Made by a program: the position numbers and the translations under genes. The notes below the pieces were generated by a model. The model was given only the letters and a program-made list of their open reading frames with translations, had not been told where the DNA came from and ran no database searches. From a virus, in IMG/VR virus record IMGVR_UViG_3300045993_000887, positions 1 to 52,092 of that record: DNA of 52,092 bases; one strand, 5' to 3'. This document shows positions 17,751 through 27,177 of the stretch, piece by piece (the first letter of the stretch is position 1; the number at the start of each line of letters is the position of its first letter).

Positions 17751-20700
17751 TCTTAATCACCCTCCTAAGCAAATCCACAGCAATGGGTTGCTCGACTGGT
17801 TGCCCATTGCTGATATATGCCATTTTTGAGCCGTAGCGCGTCTCAATCTTGTCGATTGTGTATTCAGTAGTCCACAGGTTTACTTGGCACTCAATAACGA
17901 CAATTTCAGCTACTTCTTTATCATCTATTGCAATGATCACGGTGTCGCCTGTGGTTAGAGGGGATGCTTGATGGGTATCGTCTAGGCAAGTGCTAACCAT
18001 GCTTGAAGTGCTTGCTGTGTCCACATTGTGCGCGCTGGTGGTTAGCTGCCCAGCCAAAACAGGGGTGCTAGATGTAAGGGGATTTACAATACATGTATTT
18101 TGATCATCATTATGTATGTATGTATTACCTGTATGTGTATTATGTGTATATGATAGGTTAGGTAGGATCGTAGCACCTGTATCGCTTACACTGTCTACAT
18201 TTGAGGGGTGGTTAGCACTTAGGTTAGGAGTATTTTGTGAAGTCCCTGCAAGTGGCTCACCGTCTATGTCTTGGGGTTGGCTAGCACTTTGGTTATCATT
18301 TAGTACCCATGAGTAAACGCGCAATGTTGCGCCATCAATCAGGGCTTTGTGGCGCTGATTGTTTTTTGAATAGCCCAAACGGATCAAGCAATTAAGCACA
18401 TCCTTTTGCATAGCATGGGTGTGCTTGCCCTTCTGTGGCTCGATATGGTACAAAAGCTCAGTCGTTGATACTTTATCCCTGTACTCGCAAAACGCCGCTA
18501 CCTGTGGCATCCAAGGGCTATCTGATTGGTATCTGCGGTTATTGTGGTTGCTCGCTTCTTGCTCGACATCAGAGAGCCACCATTCAGCACCTGATTTATA
18601 AAGGCTTACCGCAGCCGCCCAAATTGCATCACGATTTTCTTTTGCAAAATCAGAGTTGATTTTTTTATTAGTTCGCAAAATCCAATAACGCCGATCACCA
18701 GTCGGATCAGTTAAAAAATCATCACGGTTTGAAGTGCCAACAAAAAGGAATTGGCGAGGGCATACTTTTTGCGCTCGCAAATATGCAAATCTTTGGATAT
18801 CAGTTTTAATCGTAATAAAGTTTTTTAGATCGCCCTCGTACCTGGAATTTGTTACTCGATCGATTTCGCCAATCTCACAAATCCACTTGCGATGGAGACG
18901 CATGATGTTGTCTTTGTGAGCTAAATCTTTGTCAAGATTATCGGTAAAGAATGCTTCACTCGTAAGAGCCTCAAAAAACGTTGATTTCTTCGCGCCTTGC
19001 GTGCTTACCAAGCAAAAAACATGGTCAACTTTGGCAACTTTGGGAATTAGCTTCTCAAACTTAGTCAGTGGGTAGTAAACCCTTGCCACAGCAGCAATCA
19101 AAGTCTTCTTCAAGAATGCCTCATACAATGGATTATCAACACCAAAGCACCGCGCCGCAAGCCCATCTAGGATGCTCGTATCATCCCCAATCCTATTGTG
19201 GCAATCTTCCAAATAATCATAAACAGGATGATATTTATTACTCTCTGCAATGACAGCGATCGCATCAATCGCATCATTCTTAGTGATAGTGATATTAATC
19301 TCTTCAGCAAAATAAATCCTAGAAGTATCGATATCAAAAATCGCGCCATCAAGTTCGACTTCCTTGGTGAGCAAATTTAGGCGAAAGCGATCGCTATAAA
19401 ACTGCTTAATCGTCTTGATATTTTGAGCAAGTTCGCAAAGTGCAGAAGCTTTGATTTTGGCTTTTTCAATTTCACGGGTAGTGCGAAGTGCCTCGCGCTC
19501 AATCCGTTCCCTAATCTTCTTTTGGGCTAATTCATAAGCCGCTAAAGTTTTTTTGATTGTGGGAATATCAATCTCTTCTGAATCACTGGGTATAGAATCA
19601 AAAGCCGCTACGATCGGCGGCTCTTGAGATTGGCAAAACTGGTTTAAAATCTCAGTCGGATTGCTCCGATATTTAATCTTTTTGCTGATTAAATAATCTT
19701 TTGTTGCCACTGCCAAGCCCTTGATAATTGGCAACAATGCTGATGGCTTGTCACAGCCAAATTTTACCGCCTCAATATATTTTTTTGGCAGTAAATCCAA
19801 AAGATTTATATCGCTCAAATCATCAACTTTTACAGGAGCTTTGTAGCGTAAATCTTGACTAGCGGATGGGCTAAGAACATATTGCAGTTTTTTAACATGG
19901 GTGATCGCTGACTCATCACCACCACGAATCACGCAAGCGGGTAAGCATGAAGTTGCATCAATAGTTTTTTTAATTCTCTCAATGCGATCACCATCAATCC
20001 CCAGTGCTTCCCCACAATCATTAATGAGAGTGTCTGCACTGCCATTAAAACTAATCGAATTAGCATTAAGCCAATTCTGCCAGCCGTAAAGCTCCTTAGC
20101 AGCCTTGGTTAAGCCTGCGCTGCGATCGCTACTTTCTGGATTGCCTGCAATGATTGATTGAGTAGCAGGCGTGATGCAGTTGAAAAGCTCGATCGCTCCT
20201 TGAGTGATATTTAGTAAAGGTAAGCTAGATTTAATTACTACAGGGGATTGTTTAGGGGATGTGGTAAAAATATTAATTTCTGCCAACGGAATCGGATCGC
20301 CATAATTAATATTTGTATATGCCCCATTGAGGCCAATCGTAGGAGCCATCACAGCATATCTACCCGACCCTAATAATTCCCCAACATGATCGCCCCCTTC
20401 AGTAAGAGCGAAGTTTGTAAAGTCAGCGCCATTCTCGCCACAATCAACTAGCAACCTATAGCCGCCCGACTGGGTCTGCTCTAGCCATCCCTCCTGAGCA
20501 TTTGGGCATATTTGCAACAAAGCTAGATCACACCCCCCTTGCGTGGCAAAATGCTTACGGTCAAGATCAAGCCATCGGTAGCGTTCGTTCCCTAAACTGC
20601 CAATGCCATTCAAGAGATTAGCAAACCACTCCTCAAAATCTAGCTGTGTGGGTAGGGTTCGCTGATAATTCTTGTGTTCAATGGTTTTTGGAAATCCGTT

Positions 20701-20934
20701 GGCTTTCAACAAATAGCTCGGATTCTTGCCAGTGAACTTAGCTTTAAAACTGCCATCAGCTTCGAGAATTGGCTCGTATTTTACTGAGTTATCCCATGCA
20801 TCAGTCGTCTTTTTTGATTGGTGTAAATACTTATGGAATGGGTGAGAAGTATTTGAGGGATCTTGATAAGGAGCGACTGGGATAGGCGACAAGCCTAAAT
20901 CTACCAATCGAGTGATAATCTTTTCGTAATTCAT
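17743..20934 (-). CDS. Primase-helicase: N-terminal Prim-Pol domain plus VirE/D5-type P-loop domain
   Basis: 1063 aa. Prim-Pol-like GLSPIPVAP, TQSGGYRLLVD, GSGRYAVMAPT. P-loop VSTQGAKKSTFFEAL and KWICEIGEID (VirE-family pattern). Low-complexity C-terminal third. Confidence 0.8.
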   Translation of the reverse strand: MNYEKIITRLVDLGLSPIPVAPYQDPSNTSHPFHKYLHQSKKTTDAWDNSVKYEPILEADGSFKAKFTGKNPSYLLKANGFPKTIEHKNYQRTLPTQLDFEEWFANLLNGIGSLGNERYRWLDLDRKHFATQGGCDLALLQICPNAQEGWLEQTQSGGYRLLVDCGENGADFTNFALTEGGDHVGELLGSGRYAVMAPTIGLNGAYTNINYGDPIPLAEINIFTTSPKQSPVVIKSSLPLLNITQGAIELFNCITPATQSIIAGNPESSDRSAGLTKAAKELYGWQNWLNANSISFNGSADTLINDCGEALGIDGDRIERIKKTIDATSCLPACVIRGGDESAITHVKKLQYVLSPSASQDLRYKAPVKVDDLSDINLLDLLPKKYIEAVKFGCDKPSALLPIIKGLAVATKDYLISKKIKYRSNPTEILNQFCQSQEPPIVAAFDSIPSDSEEIDIPTIKKTLAAYELAQKKIRERIEREALRTTREIEKAKIKASALCELAQNIKTIKQFYSDRFRLNLLTKEVELDGAIFDIDTSRIYFAEEINITITKNDAIDAIAVIAESNKYHPVYDYLEDCHNRIGDDTSILDGLAARCFGVDNPLYEAFLKKTLIAAVARVYYPLTKFEKLIPKVAKVDHVFCLVSTQGAKKSTFFEALTSEAFFTDNLDKDLAHKDNIMRLHRKWICEIGEIDRVTNSRYEGDLKNFITIKTDIQRFAYLRAQKVCPRQFLFVGTSNRDDFLTDPTGDRRYWILRTNKKINSDFAKENRDAIWAAAVSLYKSGAEWWLSDVEQEASNHNNRRYQSDSPWMPQVAAFCEYRDKVSTTELLYHIEPQKGKHTHAMQKDVLNCLIRLGYSKNNQRHKALIDGATLRVYSWVLNDNQSASQPQDIDGEPLAGTSQNTPNLSANHPSNVDSVSDTGATILPNLSYTHNTHTGNTYIHNDDQNTCIVNPLTSSTPVLAGQLTTSAHNVDTASTSSMVSTCLDDTHQASPLTTGDTVIIAIDDKEVAEIVVIECQVNLWTTEYTIDKIETRYGSKMAYISNGQPVEQPIAVDLLRRVIKNA
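18111..18295. repeat. Diverged copy of the 41594-41905 iteron region embedded in the primase 3' third
   Basis: TGGTTAGCACTTAGGTTAGG (18209-18228), TGGCTAGCACTTTGGTTA (18278-18295) and TATGTATTACCTGTATG (18119-18135). The last is the reverse complement of CATACAGGTAATACATA, which occurs in the 41740-41765 region. Confidence 0.6.
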
Positions 20935-20991
20935 GATATTATTCTCTTAGGATTTTTGGGTTTCGGAAAAGTTTTTGTGCGTTCCCTATGC

Positions 20992-21025
20992 AAAAAAAGC
21001 ACCTGTAGCTACAGGTGCTTTTTTT
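20992..21025. terminator. Perfect 34-bp palindrome hairpin between the RHH gene and the primase gene
   Basis: AAAAAAAGCACCTGTAG / CTACAGGTGCTTTTTTT. It has A and T runs on both sides, so it is terminator-like in either direction. Confidence 0.55.
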
Positions 21026-21029
21026 GCGA

Positions 21030-21188
21030 TCATAATTTCACCTGCGCCCGATCAATAAGATCGTCAATTGCCGCTTCAATTACTGCGTTGATTTTTACTT
21101 CTAAAAGTTCAGCCGCGATCCGCGCTTTGCGATGCTTCTCAGGGGAGATGTATGCTTTCACCTGACTATGGGTAGATGCTTTGGTCAT
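21030..21188 (-). CDS. Small ribbon-helix-helix (CopG/Arc-like) protein (52 aa, below the ORF-track cutoff)
   Basis: MTKASTHSQVKAYISPEKHRKARIAAELLEVKINAVIEAAIDDLIDRAQVKL. Beta-strand, helix, helix spacing typical of RHH. Lies upstream of the hairpin and the primase. Confidence 0.5.
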   Translation of the reverse strand: MTKASTHSQVKAYISPEKHRKARIAAELLEVKINAVIEAAIDDLIDRAQVKL

Positions 21189-21254
21189 TTTGCCTCATTA
21201 ATTATTTTTGCTAGTATAGCACAATTGTACTGATGCTAGCAAAAATAATTAAAG

Positions 21255-22895
21255 CTAAAAATTATTAAGCAAATATAATTCTTGCGATGCGCGAGACCCT
21301 TGAACATAAAGCAGTTTATTCCTAAGCTCAACATCTTGGCAGCCAAAGACATTAGCAGTATCAGCAAAAACAGTTTTAAATGTAGACCCTTGCGATTGAT
21401 GGATAGTGAGAGCGAACGCATATTGCAACTTTCTCATAAAGGAATTGCCGACAGATTTTAAGCCTAACTCATTTAAGCCCTGATACCACAAGCGCCACTT
21501 TTCAGCCCGATCGCGATGCTCTAAGTGAGTATCTAAAATTTGCTTTTTAGCGCTGCCACAAACTGCTAAAACTTTCTGCTTTTCAGATTCATCCACAATA
21601 AAGATTGTGGCGCGATCACCCAAATCAGTCAGCACATCCAAATGCCAGCCATCAAATTCCACATCAAAAACAAGCTTAACGCCCTGCCTAAAATGCTTAA
21701 TCACGCACTCATCGCATGAGTGCATAAGCACAGTATTAGAGCCAGTTGCCCATACATACCCTGATCGCCAATCACCATCGGGGTGCTGCAATTCGATTAA
21801 ATCTTTGGCTACTAATCGCTCGTTATGAAGGTAAGGCACAATACTATAATTGCCATAAATAGCGGCTCTTACCGTTGCGTTAATGTCCTGTACCCGCTTG
21901 TTTGTCCAGGCAAGGGCGCGAATACCATTAGGATCTTGTTTATCATCTTGCAACGATTTTTTATAGCGGCTGATGAGATTTTGCATCCACTCATCAGAGC
22001 TAAACTTCTCAAAAATACCTCGTTCGTATTTGTGGAATGGAAGTCTTTTCTGAGTAATATTTTCTCGAATATCGGTAACGTGGCGGTAGATTGCACCATC
22101 GTAGCGGACGACTTTGGTTAAATCCCATCGAGTAAAAATCTTGAAAACTACCGATATAGATTGCTCATCATCACCAATAGGAGGCAACTGAGCAGGATCA
22201 CCCATGATTAAGTATCGCGATTGCATCCTTTTGATAAATTCATAAAGCTCACGGCTAATCATCGAGCCTTCATCAATTGCGACAAAATCATATTTGTAGC
22301 TTTTGTCATCAGATTTCTGAATAATCTTCTGCTTGCCAAATTTGTCGTATTGGAGCGACAAACCGAGCAAGGAGTGGATTGTCATTACTTCCACTTGCAA
22401 ACCCGCCTGATGTGCCATTTGTGACAGCACCTGATTAGCTTTATGTGTGGGTGAAGTGAAGCAGATTTTTTTACCAGCTAATTCTTTAGCAATCCTTTGC
22501 ACAGTAAAAGTTTTACCTGTACCAGCATAGCCAACTAGCAAAGCCCCACGACTGCCATTACGATCGCTAAACCAACTCGTAATCCCATCAAACGCCGCGC
22601 CTTGTTGATCGTTTAGCCCATCCCGATTAGGACTTGTGGATTCAGTAATAGTTAGCATAGGGCGATCGCTCAATTGCTTTTTATACTTGCGAGTAAACGA
22701 TAGCGCTCGTTGAAAATCAATCATAGATAGCGACTTACCCTCACGGATAAGCGCCGCCATCCGATGCCCATTATCAGCATCATAGGCATTAAAACCTGCG
22801 CCATCTTCAGCATTAGCGCTATCGCAGTGATCGGCAAGATATACGATCGCTGCTAAGACTTGTTCAATTTCTGTGTTATTTGCTAGTGTTCCCAT
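21255..22895 (-). CDS. RecD/Dda-like SF1 DNA helicase
   Basis: 546 aa. Walker A GYAGTGKTF, Walker B VAIDEGSM, C-terminal LTIHQSQGSTF. Confidence 0.85.
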   Translation of the reverse strand: MGTLANNTEIEQVLAAIVYLADHCDSANAEDGAGFNAYDADNGHRMAALIREGKSLSMIDFQRALSFTRKYKKQLSDRPMLTITESTSPNRDGLNDQQGAAFDGITSWFSDRNGSRGALLVGYAGTGKTFTVQRIAKELAGKKICFTSPTHKANQVLSQMAHQAGLQVEVMTIHSLLGLSLQYDKFGKQKIIQKSDDKSYKYDFVAIDEGSMISRELYEFIKRMQSRYLIMGDPAQLPPIGDDEQSISVVFKIFTRWDLTKVVRYDGAIYRHVTDIRENITQKRLPFHKYERGIFEKFSSDEWMQNLISRYKKSLQDDKQDPNGIRALAWTNKRVQDINATVRAAIYGNYSIVPYLHNERLVAKDLIELQHPDGDWRSGYVWATGSNTVLMHSCDECVIKHFRQGVKLVFDVEFDGWHLDVLTDLGDRATIFIVDESEKQKVLAVCGSAKKQILDTHLEHRDRAEKWRLWYQGLNELGLKSVGNSFMRKLQYAFALTIHQSQGSTFKTVFADTANVFGCQDVELRNKLLYVQGSRASQELYLLNNF

Positions 22896-22903
22896 TTGTT
22901 TTG

Positions 22904-23080
22904 CTATTTTCCCACTCTGCTTATATCAATCCGACCCATGCAATAGCGAAAAAATACTGGCGACATTGGACGGTTCATGTCTGCGATCGCAAACTGTTCA
23001 GCAATTTTTTCATCGCTTACGCAATCCCAATATTTTTTCCCTAAAGAACGAAAAAATCTATCAAATCTGTGACTGTCCAT
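22904..23080 (-). CDS. Small hypothetical protein (58 aa)
   Basis: GGAGG lies 5 nt upstream of the ATG. The stop of the upstream ORF abuts the start. MDSHRFDRFFRSLGKKYWDC... Confidence 0.45.
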   Translation of the reverse strand: MDSHRFDRFFRSLGKKYWDCVSDEKIAEQFAIADMNRPMSPVFFRYCMGRIDISRVGK

Positions 23081-23251
23081 TTATGCCTCCCTCAGCATCT
23101 TCAAATTAAATGATTCCGTCCGACCATCAAGAATAAAAGTGACAATTGCTACGTTTAAACGAATGTCGGTAATTTTACCTGCGCCATAGCAAGAGCTATG
23201 GATACCAATACTGCGAACGCGATCGCCTATTTTAAATTCGTGATTAGCCAT
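23081..23251 (-). CDS. Small hypothetical protein (56 aa)
   Basis: MANHEFKIGDRVRSIGIHSS... TAATG junction with 23251..23451 and TAA-ATG junction with 22904..23080. Confidence 0.45.
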   Translation of the reverse strand: MANHEFKIGDRVRSIGIHSSCYGAGKITDIRLNVAIVTFILDGRTESFNLKMLREA

Positions 23252-23451
23252 TAACTGTCACCTTTGCAAGGTGCTAAAGGTATATTCAAAATTGCATCAT
23301 ACATTTCATAGGCTTCGATAATTCTATGGAGAGTTACCGCATCACTCCCCTCATCAGAGCGCCTTAATCGTCTTAAAGCCTCTATATCAGACAATTGCAT
23401 CCTAATATTTTGATGCTTGCCTGTAGTGTATTTTTTAGTCTCGACAGCCAT
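23251..23451 (-). CDS. Hypothetical protein, first gene of the leftward replication operon
   Basis: 66-aa ORF with TAGGAG upstream of the ATG. Confidence 0.55.
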   Translation of the reverse strand: MAVETKKYTTGKHQNIRMQLSDIEALRRLRRSDEGSDAVTLHRIIEAYEMYDAILNIPLAPCKGDS

Positions 23452-23521
23452 AAATTAGACTCCTATATATCTGTAAATCACAATAACATACATCATACCA
23501 AAAAGAAATATTTTTAAAATG

Positions 23522-23552
23522 TTGACAAAATAACACCGTGTCATGTTATAGT
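23522..23552 (+). promoter_or_regulatory. Candidate promoter of the rightward early operon
   Basis: TTGACA (23522-23527), 19-nt spacer, extended -10 TGT-TATAGT (23544-23552). AGGAG and ATG 23583 follow. Confidence 0.4.
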
Positions 23553-23582
23553 GTTTACACGAGAAAAAAGGAGCGCAAAGCA

Positions 23583-24374
23583 ATGATTTTTCAAATTGGC
23601 ATGACATACGCAACGCACACAGTCACTCACCGCACGGCTTGCTTTGCAACTTTTGACGGGACGACTAGAAAGAAGATCACTATTAACAAAGATGGCATTG
23701 AGCAAGTAACCTTGGGCGGTGAAATTATCACCCCTTACACCCCTCCAGTCGAGACTGAATCCGCCGAAGTGACAGCCCCTGACACACGTACTTGGATTGA
23801 GCCAAGCCCTAACCGTATTGACAATCCCACACCAGTTGGCGGCGGTAATGATAGCGAAGATATTATCGTAATCGACAGCACTAATCAGCAATGGCTATTA
23901 GTCAGTACTGACACGCAGACGGTACTTTTTGAGGCTGTAGAGCATCGTGAATGTGGATACGAGCCACGTACTCGCACAATGCCACTATCAGAAGTGCAAG
24001 CGCTCTACGGATGGGGTAAGCAGAAAGGCGCTGATGACTCAAAAACTTTTAATATCGGTCAAACCTACGATGCAGATGGGCTACAGATTACAGTCACATC
24101 TCGCACAGGCGACACAATTAAATTTGAAGGTAAATTTACCAGCTTTATTCGACACACATCGGTTGATGATAATGGCGAATTTGTTTTACTAGGGACTGAT
24201 AGATCTTCAAAAATCTATGCTGTGGATACCCCAAAATGGTTTCATGGTGATGACATTGATATTGAGCTAGAGCGTGAGCGGATGGCACGTATGTGGGATC
24301 GGGATAGCGATCGCGCTGCTAATTTCGAGATGTCAGCTAGGCATGGATGCGGAGCGGTGTTGCAATGGAACTAG
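23583..24374 (+). CDS. Hypothetical protein with internal domain duplication
   Basis: The ORF track starts at GTG 23538, but ATG 23583 has AAGGAG upstream. FQIGMTYATHTVTHRT... recurs as FNIGQTYDADGLQITVTSRT... Confidence 0.6.
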   Translation: MIFQIGMTYATHTVTHRTACFATFDGTTRKKITINKDGIEQVTLGGEIITPYTPPVETESAEVTAPDTRTWIEPSPNRIDNPTPVGGGNDSEDIIVIDSTNQQWLLVSTDTQTVLFEAVEHRECGYEPRTRTMPLSEVQALYGWGKQKGADDSKTFNIGQTYDADGLQITVTSRTGDTIKFEGKFTSFIRHTSVDDNGEFVLLGTDRSSKIYAVDTPKWFHGDDIDIELERERMARMWDRDSDRAANFEMSARHGCGAVLQWN

Positions 24375-24568
24375 CAGATTGGCAAAAAAAACTAATCGCT
24401 AACAATCTTGATAGCGATTCTATTAAAAAATATCGTTCAGAAATTTGTAGAAATCACGGATTTAAATCCGTTGCTGATATACCCGTAGATATGGCTGATG
24501 ATTTGATTTGTATTATTGAATCGTATGTAGAAATAATGACTGATTTTAGCGTCGCCACAAGTTGCTAA
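24365..24568 (+). CDS. Hypothetical protein
   Basis: The ORF track starts at 24347. ATG 24365 (MELADWQKK) overlaps the upstream stop. Confidence 0.5.
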   Translation: MELADWQKKLIANNLDSDSIKKYRSEICRNHGFKSVADIPVDMADDLICIIESYVEIMTDFSVATSC

Positions 24569-24651
24569 TCAATACTGCTGCTAGTGTTGATGAAGATTCC
24601 GATTCAGTTGATGACCATGACGACATTTATACTTTTGGAAGGTAAGAAACC

Positions 24652-24918
24652 ATGAACAATAAAGAATTGCAAAACCTGACAATCGAACTTGTAAAAGCGA
24701 CTGCTGCTTTTGATGAGGCGCAAAGATTAGCTGCTATTGAAAAGCAAAAAGTTGAAAGCATCGTCGAGAAAATCTCTAAAAATAACCAGTACTCTAAAGA
24801 GCCTGACGCATTTATTAATTGTGGCAACTTGGGCTTATATCATCTCAAATTCCATAAGGAAACAGGTGCATTAGTTGCTACGCATTTGGTTAAAACTGCT
24901 GTGCTAGATTTACCTTAA
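24652..24918 (+). CDS. Hypothetical protein
   Basis: 88-aa ORF with GGAAGG upstream. Confidence 0.55.
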   Translation: MNNKELQNLTIELVKATAAFDEAQRLAAIEKQKVESIVEKISKNNQYSKEPDAFINCGNLGLYHLKFHKETGALVATHLVKTAVLDLP

Positions 24919-25016
24919 GCCAATATTTTTGAGCAGCTAGCGCCGCCCCTACTGCATTAGTGTAGGTTGCTTGCATAGTGTAAAAAATTACTAACTTTGC
25001 ATAACTTTGAACAATT

Positions 25017-25853
25017 ATGGCTATTGATTTTTCTCAATTTGAATCTGATGAATTCACAGGCGTTGCTACAAGCCGCCCCCATTGCCAAGTAATGAATGAT
25101 GCTGGTGACCAAGGGCTGTTCATTTCTCAAGAGATTGCAGATCGTGTGGAATTAAAAACCGAGAAGCTAAAACCACACGTTTTTAAGACTAAGCAAGGCG
25201 ACAAGATTAATGGCTTTCTGTTTCAGTCGCCTCGTCTTTTAATTATCCATGTTGGTGACTTGATTTGCACTCATCCTGATACAAAACCCGATGGCTCTAA
25301 AAATCCTTTAGCAGGGCAAAAGACGCATTGGAAGAATGAATATAAAGGCGATCGCGAGATTAAAAAGACGACAAAATATCTTGTTTTCTTTTTGGATTCT
25401 AAAAATGAATTTTTGCATTCAGAACCAATTCAACTCAATGCTGGCGGAGTGTTCTCAACTTCTTTTGCTAAAGCCTATAAGTCTTTTAAGGAGCAATTTC
25501 AGAAGCAATGGACGGATTTAAGTAAGGATCGCAAGCCTAAAAACCAAGGCTTTTTCTGTCATGCTGTGTTTGCTTTTAATACTACCCATGAATTGCACGG
25601 CAGTGGGAAAGATGTCAATCAATGCTGCATCGTCAAAGATTTTGCTGCTCCTACTGAGGCAAATATTAGCGATGGAACTCTGTTTTTGGGTGGCGATAAT
25701 ATCAAGCGTGCTTTGATTCGTGAAGTGTTTGTTGCTAATGAAGGCTATGGCACGCTTGCCTATGAACTTGATCGTAGCAACCAATCCAAACAGCAAGAAA
25801 CCGCCCCTAACAATGGCAGTGACAATGATGGCAATGATGATGATGAATTCTAA
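25017..25853 (+). CDS. Hypothetical protein with SSB-like acidic C-terminal tip
   Basis: 278 aa ending NGSDNDGNDDDEF. Lies in the early/replication region. Confidence 0.6.
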   Translation: MAIDFSQFESDEFTGVATSRPHCQVMNDAGDQGLFISQEIADRVELKTEKLKPHVFKTKQGDKINGFLFQSPRLLIIHVGDLICTHPDTKPDGSKNPLAGQKTHWKNEYKGDREIKKTTKYLVFFLDSKNEFLHSEPIQLNAGGVFSTSFAKAYKSFKEQFQKQWTDLSKDRKPKNQGFFCHAVFAFNTTHELHGSGKDVNQCCIVKDFAAPTEANISDGTLFLGGDNIKRALIREVFVANEGYGTLAYELDRSNQSKQQETAPNNGSDNDGNDDDEF

Positions 25854-25865
25854 CTAACTCTCACA

Positions 25866-25883
25866 CCGCCCTAATTAGGGCGG
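25866..25883 (+). terminator. Short GC hairpin after 25017..25853
   Basis: CCGCCCT-AATT-AGGGCGG. There is no T-run, so it could be an attenuator or processing site rather than a terminator. Confidence 0.3.
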
Positions 25884-25891
25884 GTAAAACT

Positions 25892-26095
25892 ATGACTCAA
25901 AAGCAATTATGGGATAAATTTCTTGAAGTTGAGCAACAAATCTTTAGGCTCAAATTCATCATCCAAAATCCACTCACGCCCGACTATCCAATCTTGCCTG
26001 ATTATCTTAAAATATGGCGCGAAGATTGCGATCGCGCTCAGAAAGAGTTAGCTGAAATCATTCAAAAAATCGATAAATTTGTAGAGGGAAAATAG
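25892..26095 (+). CDS. Hypothetical protein
   Basis: 67-aa ORF in a tightly packed operon. Confidence 0.5.
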   Translation: MTQKQLWDKFLEVEQQIFRLKFIIQNPLTPDYPILPDYLKIWREDCDRAQKELAEIIQKIDKFVEGK

Positions 26096-26098
26096 CAA

Positions 26099-26383
26099 AT
26101 GTACCTATACGTCAAAGTTTTGATTGACGAGCAGCCTATTAAATTTGCTTCATTTGTCACAGGTGTTTCTATTGCAAAAGACGGCTCAATTACTTACACA
26201 TTGGCTCCAACTACTGTTTTTACTGAATCAGACGAAATTAGCCTTTTGTCGGTTGAATCTGATAAAAACAATATAAACGTTAATGTTTGGTTTCACAATA
26301 AAACTGAAGATTTTTACTTTGGTTCTAGAGCAGTAGAAGTGTGGACTGATTCTGGCATTGTCGGAAAATTAGCAGAAATATAA
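26099..26383 (+). CDS. Hypothetical protein
   Basis: 94-aa ORF, 3 nt after the previous stop. Confidence 0.55.
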   Translation: MYLYVKVLIDEQPIKFASFVTGVSIAKDGSITYTLAPTTVFTESDEISLLSVESDKNNINVNVWFHNKTEDFYFGSRAVEVWTDSGIVGKLAEI

Positions 26384-26386
26384 TCT

Positions 26387-26584
26387 ATGCAACAAATAAT
26401 ATTTATCGCTCTTACTGCAATTATTCTTGCTCTAATCTTAAAAGAGATTGGCTACACAGTAAGAGCGATGCGATATCACCAATTCCAAGCCAAAAAGTTA
26501 AATATCCCCTTTGATATTTACGCGATGGAATTTGAGGCTGAGACTAAAAAATATTTGTATATGGATAAAAAATACAATGGCTAA
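26387..26584 (+). CDS. Small membrane protein
   Basis: 65 aa with an N-terminal hydrophobic helix IIFIALTAIILALIL. Confidence 0.5.
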   Translation: MQQIIFIALTAIILALILKEIGYTVRAMRYHQFQAKKLNIPFDIYAMEFEAETKKYLYMDKKYNG

Positions 26585-27170
26585 AAAGCGCCGCTTAACC
26601 CTTATCAAATTTGATAAGGAAGGGATTATTACCAAGTTTGGCTATCTTGACCACAACTCGCATAAAATCACTACTTCTAGCATCATTTTTAATGGCGATT
26701 CATTAGCCAGTGCAACTAATATCTTTTTGCGCGGCTTGCTTGAGAGACATTACCCATTTGGTGAAGTTGACACTTTTGCGGTTGAGGAGATCACAATTGA
26801 TTATGATTACGATGATGTCAAAAAGTTGACATTTTCGCTCAAATTTGATGGCGAACATTGTGGCGAAATGACGCAACCATTCAAGTCTCTGCCACACCAA
26901 ATCTTGAATAAAGATAATTCAGATTTGATTAATAATTTATCTGATTTAGCTTTGGGCATTTGGGATGAGTTTATGGACTCTTTGCCTAAGCAGCAATCGC
27001 TAGACTTGTTCCCATTACCTGATTTAGAAGCATATCAACACATAGCTGAGAATACAGGAAAGCCAAGCGCATACGATTCCCCTGAAGAGTATCAGCGCAA
27101 AATGGAAGAGGTATATCACGAAAAATCAAGAAAGAAACAGAATGGGTTTGTCGGCGCGATAGTCGCTTAA
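26577..27170 (+). CDS. Hypothetical protein
   Basis: The ORF track starts at 26511. ATG 26577 (MAKKRRL) overlaps the upstream stop by 8 nt. Confidence 0.55.
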   Translation: MAKKRRLTLIKFDKEGIITKFGYLDHNSHKITTSSIIFNGDSLASATNIFLRGLLERHYPFGEVDTFAVEEITIDYDYDDVKKLTFSLKFDGEHCGEMTQPFKSLPHQILNKDNSDLINNLSDLALGIWDEFMDSLPKQQSLDLFPLPDLEAYQHIAENTGKPSAYDSPEEYQRKMEEVYHEKSRKKQNGFVGAIVA

Positions 27171-27177
27171 ACTCATT

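Noticed and set aside
20956-21165. 69-aa plus-strand ORF with a TTG start.
   Set aside because: It runs through the 34-bp hairpin and is antisense to a better-supported RHH ORF with operon context. Its composition is Cys/Phe/Ser-rich and shadow-like.
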